From an uncultured virus (IMG/VR IMGVR_UViG_3300043568_000079) (taxonomy: Duplodnaviria; Heunggongvirae; Uroviricota; Caudoviricetes): 64,000 nucleotides of DNA. This document shows positions 17,267 to 27,451 of the stretch, piece after piece. Where the stretch lies: positions 1-64,000 of the IMG/VR virus record IMGVR_UViG_3300043568_000079, one strand, 5' to 3'. Numbering within the stretch: position 1 is the stretch's first letter; each line of letters opens with the position of its first letter. The translations under genes were made by a program, and so were the position numbers. A model generated the notes under the pieces. That model worked only from the letters and a program-made list of their open reading frames with translations, ran no database searches and was not told where the DNA came from.

Positions 17267-18535
17267 ATGTCCGCAGTAATGAAACAAGAAAAACAAAAGA
17301 AACAAGATTGGTTAGGTAAAACTTTTAGCGAAAGTGAAAAAGCTAAAATTCTCGATAAACTAATTACCGCACGAGTTGGGCTCTTGCTCCGCCATCCGTT
17401 TTTTGGTAATCTTGCTACCCGAATGAAAATGGTAGAGGCTAGCGACTGGTGTCAAACCCTTGCAACAGATGGTCGCAATTTTTATTTTAATTTAGGATTT
17501 GTAAATAAACTTACTCCTAAGGAAGCAGAGTTTGGCTTTGCACACGAGGTCCTCCATAATGTATTTGATCATATGGGTCGGCGAGACGGGCGCGACCCTC
17601 AACTGTCAAACATTGCCGCAGACTATGCCGCTAACCAAATTCTTAAAGACGAACGTATCGGTACAGTTCCTAGCTTTATTAAGATTTTCCAGGACGACAA
17701 ATATCGCGGATGGAGTTACGAGCAGATTTATCAGGACCTTTACGACAAGGCTGAAAAGATTGATATTTCCCAATTAGGGGAATTGCTCGACGAACACCTA
17801 GATGGTGAGGGTGAAGATGGGGAAGGTGAAGGCAAAGATGGAGAAGAAATTGACGGAAGTAGTAAGGGCCGGCCACGTTTGACTGCAGAAGAAAAGAAAC
17901 AAATCCGTGATGAGATCAAAGAAGCTATGGTAGCGGCTGCTCAATCAGCAGGTGCAGGTAAAGTGCCTGCAGGTATTGCTAGAATGATCAAAGACTTTAC
18001 TGAGCCAAAGATGGACTGGCGACAACTGTTGCGCATGAATATCCAAAGTATTCTTAAAAGCAATTTTAGCTTTGCTCGCCCTAACCGCAAGAGTCAACAA
18101 TGTGGCGCTATCTTGCCAGGTATGATGAATGAAGAAACTATTGACGTATCTGTAGCAATCGATATGTCTGGTAGTATTTCAGATGCTATGGCTAAAGATT
18201 TCTTGTCAGAAGTCAAAGGTATTATGGATGAGTACAAGGACTTTAAATTAGATTTGTGGTGTTTTGATACTAACGTATACGGTTACAAACAATTTACCGG
18301 AGATACTGCTGATGATATTAACGAGTACGATTGCCAAGGTGGCGGTGGTACTGATTTTGATGCAAACTGGGAATTCATGAAGTACAATGATATTCAACCC
18401 AAGAAGTTTATTATGTTTACTGACGGTTATCCCTGCGGTAGCTGGGGAGATGAAGATTATTGTGATACTATCTTTATTATTCACGGTAACGATGCCATAA
18501 TTTCTCCATTCGGCCAGACCGCGCATTATAAATAA
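17267..18535 (+). CDS. Metallopeptidase-like plus vWA domain protein (DUF2201-like), MoxR partner
   Basis: ATDG, HEVLH (HExxH), acidic linker, MIDAS DMSGS, GGGGTDF, FTDG. Confidence 0.88.
   Translation: MSAVMKQEKQKKQDWLGKTFSESEKAKILDKLITARVGLLLRHPFFGNLATRMKMVEASDWCQTLATDGRNFYFNLGFVNKLTPKEAEFGFAHEVLHNVFDHMGRRDGRDPQLSNIAADYAANQILKDERIGTVPSFIKIFQDDKYRGWSYEQIYQDLYDKAEKIDISQLGELLDEHLDGEGEDGEGEGKDGEEIDGSSKGRPRLTAEEKKQIRDEIKEAMVAAAQSAGAGKVPAGIARMIKDFTEPKMDWRQLLRMNIQSILKSNFSFARPNRKSQQCGAILPGMMNEETIDVSVAIDMSGSISDAMAKDFLSEVKGIMDEYKDFKLDLWCFDTNVYGYKQFTGDTADDINEYDCQGGGGTDFDANWEFMKYNDIQPKKFIMFTDGYPCGSWGDEDYCDTIFIIHGNDAIISPFGQTAHYK
18527..18534 (+). promoter_or_regulatory. T4-type late promoter
   Basis: Exact TATAAATA, 13 nt before ATG 18548. 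Confidence 0.6.
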
Positions 18536-18547
18536 TATAGGTAGATT

Positions 18548-18838
18548 ATGGCATTAAATAGAGGAACGGTAAATGCTTTAAATGTTCTAGGATTTAGAAA
18601 ACTATCTTTTATTCCAGAACATTTTTCCAAAATCTCTATTGATTCAAAGTTTGATACCAAAATTATAGAACAATGGATCGAATATAATTTAAATAGCAGA
18701 TACGCTATACAAGGAAAATATAGTTTAGATGCAAATAGGAAAATGATTTCTGTTATTGAAATAGGAATCGAGGATCCTAAAGAACTAACTATGTTATCAT
18801 TAGGATGTCAACATTTACATAAAAAAGGAATTAATTAA
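18548..18838 (+). CDS. Hypothetical protein
   Basis: 96-aa ORF. Confidence 0.65.
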   Translation: MALNRGTVNALNVLGFRKLSFIPEHFSKISIDSKFDTKIIEQWIEYNLNSRYAIQGKYSLDANRKMISVIEIGIEDPKELTMLSLGCQHLHKKGIN

Positions 18839-19081
18839 ATGGAAAATCAAGAAACAGTTCAAGACGCTAGTCAAGTAACTCCAGAGGCTGCGCCACCGCA
18901 ACAACCAGATCTTACAATCACTGATCTAACAAATATCCGTGCGATCATTGATGTTGCAGTTCGTAGAGGGGCATTTGGAGCTTCGGAAGCGTCCGGAGTA
19001 GGCACAGTATTTGATAAACTAAACGCATTCTTAAATGCTGTTGCACCTCCTAAGTCAGACGACAAAGCACCAAAACAATAA
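18839..19081 (+). CDS. Hypothetical protein
   Basis: 80 aa; LTITDL...IIDVAVRRGAF. Confidence 0.7.
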   Translation: MENQETVQDASQVTPEAAPPQQPDLTITDLTNIRAIIDVAVRRGAFGASEASGVGTVFDKLNAFLNAVAPPKSDDKAPKQ

Positions 19082-19093
19082 AAGGAGATTCAC

Positions 19094-19699
19094 ATGAAAC
19101 ATGTGGGAAAAATGAAAAATAATGCTGCTCGAGTAGCAGTAGTTTATAGGACTGTTCCGGGAGAGCCCAACAACGCATTAGTAGTTGGGACTAGTGGCTT
19201 GCCAGATGCTAATCACGATGCTTTGATGAGCGTTATTCAAAGTGAATCCGGTCAACAAGCAAACGAGTTAGCTGACATCTTAGCAACACGCCGATTCCCA
19301 GACGGTGATGTAATGCTAAGTTGGTTACACGCCCGTGGACAACTTAAAAAAGTTCCCACTAATCTCGTGTTAATGACTCCCAATACTCAAACACAAATTC
19401 CATTGAATGAACTCAATGAAATGATTGCAACTCAGAAAGGAATCACTGTTGAGGATTTGGCTGTTAGTGATGGTCAGAAAAAATCTACCGTTACTAAAAA
19501 AGAAGCCAAGGAAGAAATTATTGTCGATGATATTATTGTCGACACTGCTCCTACAATTGCAGAAGCACCAGTTACTGCATCTGACTTGCGGTCAATGGCA
19601 GACAAACTTTCTAAGCAGGCAGCAGAGATGCGCCGCAAAGCAGACGAAATGTCTCCGCCAGTTAAGAAGACGGCTAAGGCAACAAAAGCCGAAGCTTAA
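19094..19699 (+). CDS. Hypothetical protein
   Basis: 201 aa, SD AGGAG, MKHVGK start, basic tail. Confidence 0.75.
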   Translation: MKHVGKMKNNAARVAVVYRTVPGEPNNALVVGTSGLPDANHDALMSVIQSESGQQANELADILATRRFPDGDVMLSWLHARGQLKKVPTNLVLMTPNTQTQIPLNELNEMIATQKGITVEDLAVSDGQKKSTVTKKEAKEEIIVDDIIVDTAPTIAEAPVTASDLRSMADKLSKQAAEMRRKADEMSPPVKKTAKATKAEA

Positions 19700-20175
19700 T
19701 GATTAACTGTTTAGTTGCAGTTGAACGAAACCAGGGCATAGGATTTAATGGTCAAATGCCCTGGCCTCACCTTAGGGGTGATATGCAGTGGTTTAAACAA
19801 ATGACAACTAATCAAGTTGTTATTATGGGTTCAACCACATATGATAGTTTGGGTAAATCTTTACCTAATAGAATTAATGTAGTGATAAGCAGAAAGAGAG
19901 TGCTAGGTGATCACACCTTTGACGACTGCGGTGCTGCCTTAGATTTTTGTTCTGTAGAATACCCTGATAAGGAAATTTTCATTATCGGCGGAAGTGCCGT
20001 TTATGAACAATATCTCGATATTATTGACAGATTTTATATTACCGAAATAGATGCAGACTATGAGTGTGATAAGTTTTTTGACCTTACCTATGTAAAAGAA
20101 CACTTTACAAAGGTTAAAGAACACGCTATACTTAATGACCCGATAAAATATACAATAAAAGAATACAACTTATGA
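19699..20175 (+). CDS. folA: Dihydrofolate reductase
   Basis: GIGFNGQMPW, DMQWFKQMT, IMG, LPNRINVV, IIGG, CDKFF. Confidence 0.95.
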   Translation: MINCLVAVERNQGIGFNGQMPWPHLRGDMQWFKQMTTNQVVIMGSTTYDSLGKSLPNRINVVISRKRVLGDHTFDDCGAALDFCSVEYPDKEIFIIGGSAVYEQYLDIIDRFYITEIDADYECDKFFDLTYVKEHFTKVKEHAILNDPIKYTIKEYNL

Positions 20176-21056
20176 CACATCCAGAACAAGCATATCTCAA
20201 TGCACTTAAAGACATTTTAGCAACAGGTGAACAGCGACCCGATAGAACTGGAGTCGGGACTATTAGTAAGTTCGGTGTACAATTGCGATTTGATCTGCAG
20301 AAAGGATTTCCTGCTGTTACTACTAAGAAGCTAGCATGGCGTGCCTGTGTTAGCGAACTGCTTTGGTTTATTGAAGGCAGTGGTGATGAGAATCGCTTAA
20401 AGGAAATCCTACACGGTGAGCGTTATACCGATAAGAAAACTATATGGTCAGATAATGCCACAGCACCTTACTGGACAAACAAACGACTCCAGCGGCATGC
20501 AGGTGATCTCGGTCGTGTCTACGGCGTGCAATGGCGAAAGTGGCGTGCTCCGTTAGTTCGTATTAACAAAGTTGTCCTACAAAATTGCGACCAGTTGCTT
20601 AATTTAATTGACGGCTTAAAGAAAGACCCTTACGGTCGTAGACATATCATTACTGCATGGAATCCAGGCGAACTAGAACTAATGGCATTACCTCCGTGCC
20701 ATATGATGAGTCAATTCTACGTAAGCAACGGGAAACTAAGTTGTTCAATGTATCAACGTAGTGCAGACATGTTCCTCGGAGTACCGTTTAACATTGCCAG
20801 CTATGCACTGTTCACACATATGATTGCACAAGCCTGTGAATTAGAAGTCGGCGAACTTATTATTACCCTAGGTGACGCTCATATCTACACCAATCATGTT
20901 GATCAGGTTAACGAGCAATTAGCACGTAAGCCATTACCGTTGCCAGAGTTAAAACTAAACCCTGCTGTCAAAAACATCACAGGGTTTACAATGGACGATA
21001 TTGAATTGGTAAATTATACTAGTCACGATGCTATTAAAGCACCAATGGCTGTTTAA
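20172..21056 (+). CDS. thyA: Thymidylate synthase ThyA
   Basis: DRTGVGT, TTKK, ELLWF, MALPPCH, YQRSADMFLGVPFN, GDAHIY. Confidence 0.97.
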   Translation: MTHPEQAYLNALKDILATGEQRPDRTGVGTISKFGVQLRFDLQKGFPAVTTKKLAWRACVSELLWFIEGSGDENRLKEILHGERYTDKKTIWSDNATAPYWTNKRLQRHAGDLGRVYGVQWRKWRAPLVRINKVVLQNCDQLLNLIDGLKKDPYGRRHIITAWNPGELELMALPPCHMMSQFYVSNGKLSCSMYQRSADMFLGVPFNIASYALFTHMIAQACELEVGELIITLGDAHIYTNHVDQVNEQLARKPLPLPELKLNPAVKNITGFTMDDIELVNYTSHDAIKAPMAV

Positions 21057-22321
21057 ACTTTAATTTCTATTACACCAAAAGAGCCTTCGAAATCTTCGAG
21101 GGCTTTTCCTATTACAGCATCCGAACTGTCATGATCCTGTTTCTTAGTAGCATATCCCTGTTTATATCCACTGGTAACTAATAGGTCGCCCTTCTTAACG
21201 GGGCCACAAATCTTGCAAGGAACACGACCTTTTAAGGCAATATAGGGGTGAGTTTCGTCGGTTCCTGCCTCGGAATTCATCATATATGCCGGATTTTTAC
21301 TCACTACTCCTGCAACCGTTGTCGTTGCCTGTAATGTAGCAAGAGTAACTTCTTTTTCTCCGCCTAACATTAGTACAGTTCCAAATTCATATGCCGCATC
21401 TGCGGCATAGCGTTCAGCAATGTCAGCATAATATGCACTGGTTGCAACGCCTTTAAAAATATCAGCTTTAACACTTTTATCAAATGGATTATAATAAAAC
21501 GATGAAGTAGTGTAGATTGCGTCTGTTTTGGTATAAGTTGTGCCAGTTGTAAACGGAATAGGAAATGTACCTACACTCGGCGGAATATCTGTAACAAGTC
21601 CGATTGCAGTGGTTGCAGTATTTGCATTAACTGCATGCCTTGCACTTCCCCAAAAGTAAATTCCCTGAGACGCTGATTCACCTGTTGAGTAGTTTGCACC
21701 TCTTAAAGTAATACCTTTACTGATCGTTGATGTAGAACCTGAATCATAGATAGGATATTTTGGTAGTGGTGGTTGATCTGCTTGAGTTACTGTATATGTT
21801 TCTGCAGAAACCATAGCAACTACTTCATCATTTGCTCCTACAATAGCTTTAATATTGTATTTTGGTGTACCAGTATCTTCTTGTGCGTATTCGACATCGC
21901 CTTTCCATTGAGCTCTGGTGTCGGCGCCGCTAGGAGGACCTATTAAAACAAAATTCTCACCATTGTAGGCATAAAGTTGTTCTTCTCTACTATCAAACCA
22001 TAGATCGCCTGATTCGTAGATTTTAGTATTGTTAGGATTTTCAGTATTAACATCTAAATTGGAAATGCTTTTCCAATTTGCGCCATCAAACACATTGAGT
22101 CTTTTGTTTGCAGTATCATACCAAAGTTGACCATCAATCGGTTTAGATGGAGGAATAGTATTTGAAAAATTCTCAAGCAATTTTAAAAAGTTTTCATTTT
22201 GCCATTCACCGTAACCTGCATAGTTTCTTCCAACAAAAATTAAATCAGTTGTGAGATCCAACGAAGCATCTTGTACTATCGTAATCTGTGTTCCATCTGT
22301 TTTATTGAGAATGTAAGGCAT
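21053..22321 (-). CDS. Tail fibre/baseplate-associated protein with C-terminal peptidase-G2-like (chaperone/autocleavage) domain
   Basis: Shared N-terminal module (GYGE..NENFLKLLENF..GQLWYD); C-terminal YADIAERY...GVVS...ALKGRVPCK...KGDLLVTS...IGKALE. Confidence 0.65.
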   Translation of the reverse strand: MPYILNKTDGTQITIVQDASLDLTTDLIFVGRNYAGYGEWQNENFLKLLENFSNTIPPSKPIDGQLWYDTANKRLNVFDGANWKSISNLDVNTENPNNTKIYESGDLWFDSREEQLYAYNGENFVLIGPPSGADTRAQWKGDVEYAQEDTGTPKYNIKAIVGANDEVVAMVSAETYTVTQADQPPLPKYPIYDSGSTSTISKGITLRGANYSTGESASQGIYFWGSARHAVNANTATTAIGLVTDIPPSVGTFPIPFTTGTTYTKTDAIYTTSSFYYNPFDKSVKADIFKGVATSAYYADIAERYAADAAYEFGTVLMLGGEKEVTLATLQATTTVAGVVSKNPAYMMNSEAGTDETHPYIALKGRVPCKICGPVKKGDLLVTSGYKQGYATKKQDHDSSDAVIGKALEDFEGSFGVIEIKV

Positions 22322-22323
22322 AA

Positions 22324-23292
22324 TTATTCCTGATATGTAATGTTATTGTTAAAAGTGGTAAAAGAATTATAATATGCATCTACAGTATCCCAGCGAGCAA
22401 GTCCTCCTACATTTGTTAATGTAAAGTGTCTAACAGAAAGAAGAGCATTGTAATTACACAGCACTTTAGCCTGAGATCCTATAACATAGGTTGCGGTACT
22501 AAACAAATTAGGCAATGCTTTTAATCTTAAAGCATTGTTTCCATCATTGATGTTTGTTAGATTTGTTCCAGTTGTGCCAGTTTTTGTATCACCGTATGTG
22601 GTAATATCAAATGCAGTTGTTAAATTCTTATCATAAACTGTATTACCCCTTACATATAAATTTCCTTTTACATCAAGGTCATCTAAAATTGTAATACCGT
22701 TAACAACATTAGTTGCTGTTGTCTGTCCAAAGTACACTGTTGAGCTAGAAGCACTCATTGTAAAGGATGCAGTAGTCACTAACGCAGTCGGAGCACCGTA
22801 AGAATACAGCACTGAAACATTTTGTTTTTGGTTAAACGTATTCTCTAAAATATTTACAGGAGGAACCATAACTCCCATTTTACCATTTTGTAGATCTACT
22901 CTAGGATCAACAAGGAACCATTGATTTAAAGGATATCCTTGCCAGATTTTAAATTCACCATTAGTGCTATTGTACCACAAATCTCCTGTACTTGTTGTTA
23001 CGGGTTGCGTACCACTGATAGTTGCGCCGTATGTAGGATTAAACTCTACACCATCATAGACTGTTAATTTACTGTTAATTGTGTCGTACCACAACTGACC
23101 AACTTGTGCTTGTAAAGGTTGATTAGGAGAAGCAAAATTAGTCAACAGTTTTACAAAATTATTGTTTACATACTGTCCGTACTTGTTAACATTCTTACCT
23201 ATTAAATCTAAACTAGTGGTGATAGAATCTACATCTCCATCTGCCATGGTTAACAATACTGTACCGTCACTTCTATATATGATATATGCCAT
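22324..23292 (-). CDS. Tail fibre/baseplate-associated protein (paralog)
   Basis: Same N-terminal module (TSLDLIGKN..YG..NNNFVKLLTNFA..GQLWYD). Confidence 0.65.
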   Translation of the reverse strand: MAYIIYRSDGTVLLTMADGDVDSITTSLDLIGKNVNKYGQYVNNNFVKLLTNFASPNQPLQAQVGQLWYDTINSKLTVYDGVEFNPTYGATISGTQPVTTSTGDLWYNSTNGEFKIWQGYPLNQWFLVDPRVDLQNGKMGVMVPPVNILENTFNQKQNVSVLYSYGAPTALVTTASFTMSASSSTVYFGQTTATNVVNGITILDDLDVKGNLYVRGNTVYDKNLTTAFDITTYGDTKTGTTGTNLTNINDGNNALRLKALPNLFSTATYVIGSQAKVLCNYNALLSVRHFTLTNVGGLARWDTVDAYYNSFTTFNNNITYQE

Positions 23293-23296
23293 GTTA

Positions 23297-25117
23297 TTAT
23301 GTCTTTATAATATAGTTCATTGTAACTGGTACAATGTTTGTAGTGGTAGTAGCATATCTCAAATCCGGAACACTAAAGCTACCACTTGCTCCACCAAATG
23401 TATAACCAATTACACCAAATAAATCTCCCTGTAACACGGTAGATGTAGACCCGCCATTGCATAAAATCCATGTAGGCTGACCGTCTGGCTTAACCGCTGA
23501 GGGAGGTGTTGAAGTTGGCCACGGAATAATCATCCCTGGCTGCATTACCATGTCGTAAACATCTGATAAGAAATCTGCCTTGCTGATTTGTCTTACACCT
23601 TGCTCTATAGTTGTAGATGTTGCGGTGTCAACTACTAACAACGTCTGAGTAGCAGTGGTCGATGTAACTGTTGACTGTGCTGTAATTAAAGCTGTGGTAG
23701 CAGTAGTATTAAGAGCTACATTACCTAATCCATTAAATGATACAGATCCGGTTGTTGCAAACTGTCCAATAACACTAAATTGTCGAGAAGCTTCTAATTG
23801 AACAGCCTGTGAAGCAACTCCGTATATTGTAAGTGTAGATCCAGTTGAACCAATTTGTGATGTATAAATTCTACGAAATGCTCTAGTTGGAGATCCTAAT
23901 TCATATGAATTGTTTTCTGCTGGTTGTAAAATAGTGCCGCTTCCGCCGGGCTGACCTATTGTAATTAGCCCAACCATTGAAGAAGTTGTTACTACAGTTA
24001 ATGTGTTTGCTTCTAAAGTTCTTCCAAACGACCCGCCACCGGAAACATCTAGAGCAGAATCGGTATTAGAAGTAATTGTTACATCATCTGAAAACTTACC
24101 GCTACCTGTAACATCTAATGTTTTGGTAGGAATAGGATTATTAACTCCCACAAATCCTGCAGACGTGAGCTTTAAATAAGACTTGTCAAAGAAACTATCA
24201 GAAATACCTATCTTCATTCCAGAAGAGCTAGTGTTAGCGTAGGTAACAAATGCCTCAGATGCAGTACTATATATTTTAATAGCTTTTGCAGTTGTATCTT
24301 TTTTAATTTGAATACCGCCAGATGACTCAACTACAAAGGTACCTGTATGAATCTGAGGTGCAAGTATAGATTTATTTCTTAATACATCAGATGCTTTAAC
24401 GGTTACACCCGAACTGAGATATAAAGATGCAGCACTTTCTGCTACTCCGTTGTATCTTGTAGGAATTCTGGAAGTTAAATTTGTTCCTGCCTTAATAACA
24501 GTAAAACCATCAATAACACTTCTAGGAGTAAATTCATTATAAGAGATAATTTCAACTACTTTGCCGTTTGCCCAGTTTAAAATAACAGGATACTCTACTT
24601 TATTAGCAACGGTACTAGTATTAGTTTCAATGACTCTAACTTCTGCTCCGGACTTTGAAGTACCAGATAAGCTACTAGGACCAACAAGAGTCCATCCATC
24701 GGCATCACGTATGTTTAATTGATTCGAAACCGTATCAACCCAGATGTCTCCAATTGTTACTCCAGAACTATAACTTAAACTAGGATCAGAATTTTGTTGA
24801 TAGATTCCGCTAGCAGCTGGCCATCGATTACTTGTAATGTCACCATTATTAACTCTTAAAACTTTTCTGTTAGGATTGCTAGTATCATACCATAGTTGTC
24901 CCTTAATTGAATTAATAGGAGGGTTAGGTCCTGCAAAATTTTCCAACAATTTTAAAAAATTTTGTGTAGTATCAAGACCGTAATTAGTATATCCTGGCCC
25001 GACTAGATCAAGACTGGTACTATAATTGTTCTTTCCAGGACCTAATGTTGTTCCTAATACCTGCACTGTGCCAGTGTTTGTAGGGTCTGAGAATCGAAGT
25101 GTATATGAATTAGCCAT
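23297..25117 (-). CDS. Short tail fibre-like protein with C-terminal tail collar domain
   Basis: Same N-terminal module; PGMIIPW...WILCNG...LFGVIGYTFGG...FSVPDLR collar motif. Confidence 0.75.
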   Translation of the reverse strand: MANSYTLRFSDPTNTGTVQVLGTTLGPGKNNYSTSLDLVGPGYTNYGLDTTQNFLKLLENFAGPNPPINSIKGQLWYDTSNPNRKVLRVNNGDITSNRWPAASGIYQQNSDPSLSYSSGVTIGDIWVDTVSNQLNIRDADGWTLVGPSSLSGTSKSGAEVRVIETNTSTVANKVEYPVILNWANGKVVEIISYNEFTPRSVIDGFTVIKAGTNLTSRIPTRYNGVAESAASLYLSSGVTVKASDVLRNKSILAPQIHTGTFVVESSGGIQIKKDTTAKAIKIYSTASEAFVTYANTSSSGMKIGISDSFFDKSYLKLTSAGFVGVNNPIPTKTLDVTGSGKFSDDVTITSNTDSALDVSGGGSFGRTLEANTLTVVTTSSMVGLITIGQPGGSGTILQPAENNSYELGSPTRAFRRIYTSQIGSTGSTLTIYGVASQAVQLEASRQFSVIGQFATTGSVSFNGLGNVALNTTATTALITAQSTVTSTTATQTLLVVDTATSTTIEQGVRQISKADFLSDVYDMVMQPGMIIPWPTSTPPSAVKPDGQPTWILCNGGSTSTVLQGDLFGVIGYTFGGASGSFSVPDLRYATTTTNIVPVTMNYIIKT

Positions 25118-25120
25118 GTT

Positions 25121-25750
25121 TTAAACTCCGGTGCTCAAACTTTGGATCCTAATTGTATAATCTACCTGAATCATCCTGTTTAATGATTTCTGAACAGGGT
25201 GGAAGATAACATGTGTTAATAACATTCCTGTATTCGGACCTTCTGGATTAAAGGATCTCAATCCTAATTCATCAAACACAAAATTAGATTCAGTGTTTGT
25301 TTCTGTATCAAATGCGGCTTGACCGCTCGGCTCACCAAAATCAAGCAAACAACTTACTAGCACGTCAGTATAAACTGTGCCAGCAATGTGTCTAGTTTCC
25401 ATAAAATTACGTGCAGGATCTAACGAGTATGAACTTTTCGAATCAACAGTTTTATAATAAGTTTGATTATATAGGCTAGCACTTGTTCCTACACTGTTAG
25501 GTGTAAGGTAAGTAATGATTCCTGTACTATCAACTCTGCTTCCTCCGTTGCCGAACACCATCTCGGCAATGGGTCCTTCGCCTTGATTTGCTATACTCTG
25601 TGCCAATGCTATGGAAAAATTCTCATAATGAATAGCGTTTCTTTTATTAATAAAGACTTCTTGAGAGATAGGATCGTAGATTTTAATATGACCCTGGATG
25701 CCTATTGCTCCAGCTTCATTCGGTAAATTGTTCATGTTTCTGTTATCCAT
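25121..25750 (-). CDS. Virion structural protein (baseplate/fibre attachment candidate)
   Basis: 209 aa in the tail module; FDELGL...LLTHVIFHPVQKS. Confidence 0.6.
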   Translation of the reverse strand: MDNRNMNNLPNEAGAIGIQGHIKIYDPISQEVFINKRNAIHYENFSIALAQSIANQGEGPIAEMVFGNGGSRVDSTGIITYLTPNSVGTSASLYNQTYYKTVDSKSSYSLDPARNFMETRHIAGTVYTDVLVSCLLDFGEPSGQAAFDTETNTESNFVFDELGLRSFNPEGPNTGMLLTHVIFHPVQKSLNRMIQVDYTIRIQSLSTGV

Positions 25751-25755
25751 AATGA

Positions 25756-25763
25756 TATTTATC
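25756..25763 (-). promoter_or_regulatory. Late-type promoter GATAAATA
   Basis: 5 nt upstream of ATG 25750 on the - strand. Confidence 0.55.
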
Positions 25764-25782
25764 CATCTAAATTATAAGCGGT

Positions 25783-27450
25783 TTATCTTCCGTATCGGTA
25801 GATTTTAGTTCTAGGCCATATGTGCCCTGTACTAGATCGATTACCTTGATTAACTTTGGGACCAACCATACCTTGATCTAGGCGTTCTTTATTGTAGTAT
25901 AGGAATCTATTTGTAGACCCTTGCAAGTCTGTATAGTCACCTATACCGCCTGTAGTAGCAGTAATTTGCCCTATTTTAGCTTTATTTCTAATGTAATCCC
26001 TAGCCTGTGATTGTTTCATAGTAGGCCATTGCTCTGCAAGACAGGCTAGAACTCCAGCAACTTGTGGGCTAGACATACTGGTTCCAGATTTTTTAGTCAC
26101 TCTATACGCAGAGTTTCTACTATCTCCAGTTGTAACTTCAGTAGTTGAGTTTACTCCGCCAATAATCCAACTTCCCGGAGCATACAGATCTACCCTAGGT
26201 CCGCAATTACTGTAAATCATTTTTGTTTCAGCTGTATTTGCGTCTACACCTCCTACACAAATTGATCCGGTTGCTGCTCCTAATGGGCCTCTGTTATAGT
26301 AATAAGTAAACACATCACCCTGAACAATGTAATTATTATAGTCATCACCAGTGTCAACTGTGAAGTTAGAAATTTTTGTATAATCGTTTCCTGCGGCTCC
26401 GACAACGATAATCCCTTCGTTCATCGCATCTATTAAATCTTCCTCGTATGCAACGCTTCTTATTGGAAATGCTACGTTTCCTGCACTTATAACCAATCCA
26501 TAATTGGTTAATTCTGATTCTGTAAAAGGACCACTAAACTCTGTGCCTTGAAATCTAACAATAGTAATTTCAGAAATAGGCACTTCAATAGATACTCCAT
26601 AACTGTGATTAGTAACCGTAGGATTACGTCTACCTGTGGCAGGATTAATAGGCTTAGTTCTATGCCACTCTCTGATATAATCTATTGTCCGTGCCCCTGT
26701 ATTAGATGGATTTGTTGAATACGGACTTATATTATAAATGTTTGCATCTCTTGCCCATCCGTAGGTGTTACCACATGCTGTAGAAGCAACATGTGTTCCG
26801 TGATCACCGTCTACTGTTCTGTCAGATATTCCGTCAAGATTGTTATCTGGGTATGAAGGATCGATATATGGAGTATAAGCATATGTGCCGGCTGAGGTTC
26901 CTAAAACAGCCGGATTATGTTGTAGCCAGTTATATTGCACTACTCTAGTCCCACCCGTGCCGTCTGCATTAACTGCAAACTCGGGATGTAGGGGATTAAA
27001 ATGCCCGTCTACTATAACCACATCAACATATTTTCCGCTTGAAGTTGTATTAACTGTTCCGGATACACTAGTAGTTCCGTTTATTCCCCATCCACTTCTT
27101 TGTACTCCCTCAACAGATCGTAATATTCCCCAGTTTCTATGAGACGAACTGTAAGAATTAGACTTGTTCCATAGCGTACTAGTTTGTGTCCAAAATGGTT
27201 TAAACTTTAAACCTTGTTCCTCGAGAGTTAATTCAACATGTAATACTCTGGGATCGTTTTTAATAAGCTCAACTTCAGATGCATATAACTTATAGTGAGT
27301 ATTCCTACTAGTCGGTCTTCTATCTTTTATTGGAATAGGACGGTGAGGAATAAATTTTGCGCCGCCAGAAGTCTCCATATCATCATAGAAAGATTCAAGA
27401 TCTTCTTTATTTTTTAAAGTTATAATGTACTCTCTAGCGTTAGAACTCAT
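25783..27450 (-). CDS. Subtilisin-like (S8) serine protease
   Basis: Catalytic D (VVIVDG), H (DHGTHVAS), oxyanion N (AAGN), S (SGTSMSSPQVAG); N-terminal prodomain-like region. Confidence 0.92.
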   Translation of the reverse strand: MSSNAREYIITLKNKEDLESFYDDMETSGGAKFIPHRPIPIKDRRPTSRNTHYKLYASEVELIKNDPRVLHVELTLEEQGLKFKPFWTQTSTLWNKSNSYSSSHRNWGILRSVEGVQRSGWGINGTTSVSGTVNTTSSGKYVDVVIVDGHFNPLHPEFAVNADGTGGTRVVQYNWLQHNPAVLGTSAGTYAYTPYIDPSYPDNNLDGISDRTVDGDHGTHVASTACGNTYGWARDANIYNISPYSTNPSNTGARTIDYIREWHRTKPINPATGRRNPTVTNHSYGVSIEVPISEITIVRFQGTEFSGPFTESELTNYGLVISAGNVAFPIRSVAYEEDLIDAMNEGIIVVGAAGNDYTKISNFTVDTGDDYNNYIVQGDVFTYYYNRGPLGAATGSICVGGVDANTAETKMIYSNCGPRVDLYAPGSWIIGGVNSTTEVTTGDSRNSAYRVTKKSGTSMSSPQVAGVLACLAEQWPTMKQSQARDYIRNKAKIGQITATTGGIGDYTDLQGSTNRFLYYNKERLDQGMVGPKVNQGNRSSTGHIWPRTKIYRYGR

Positions 27451-27451
27451 A

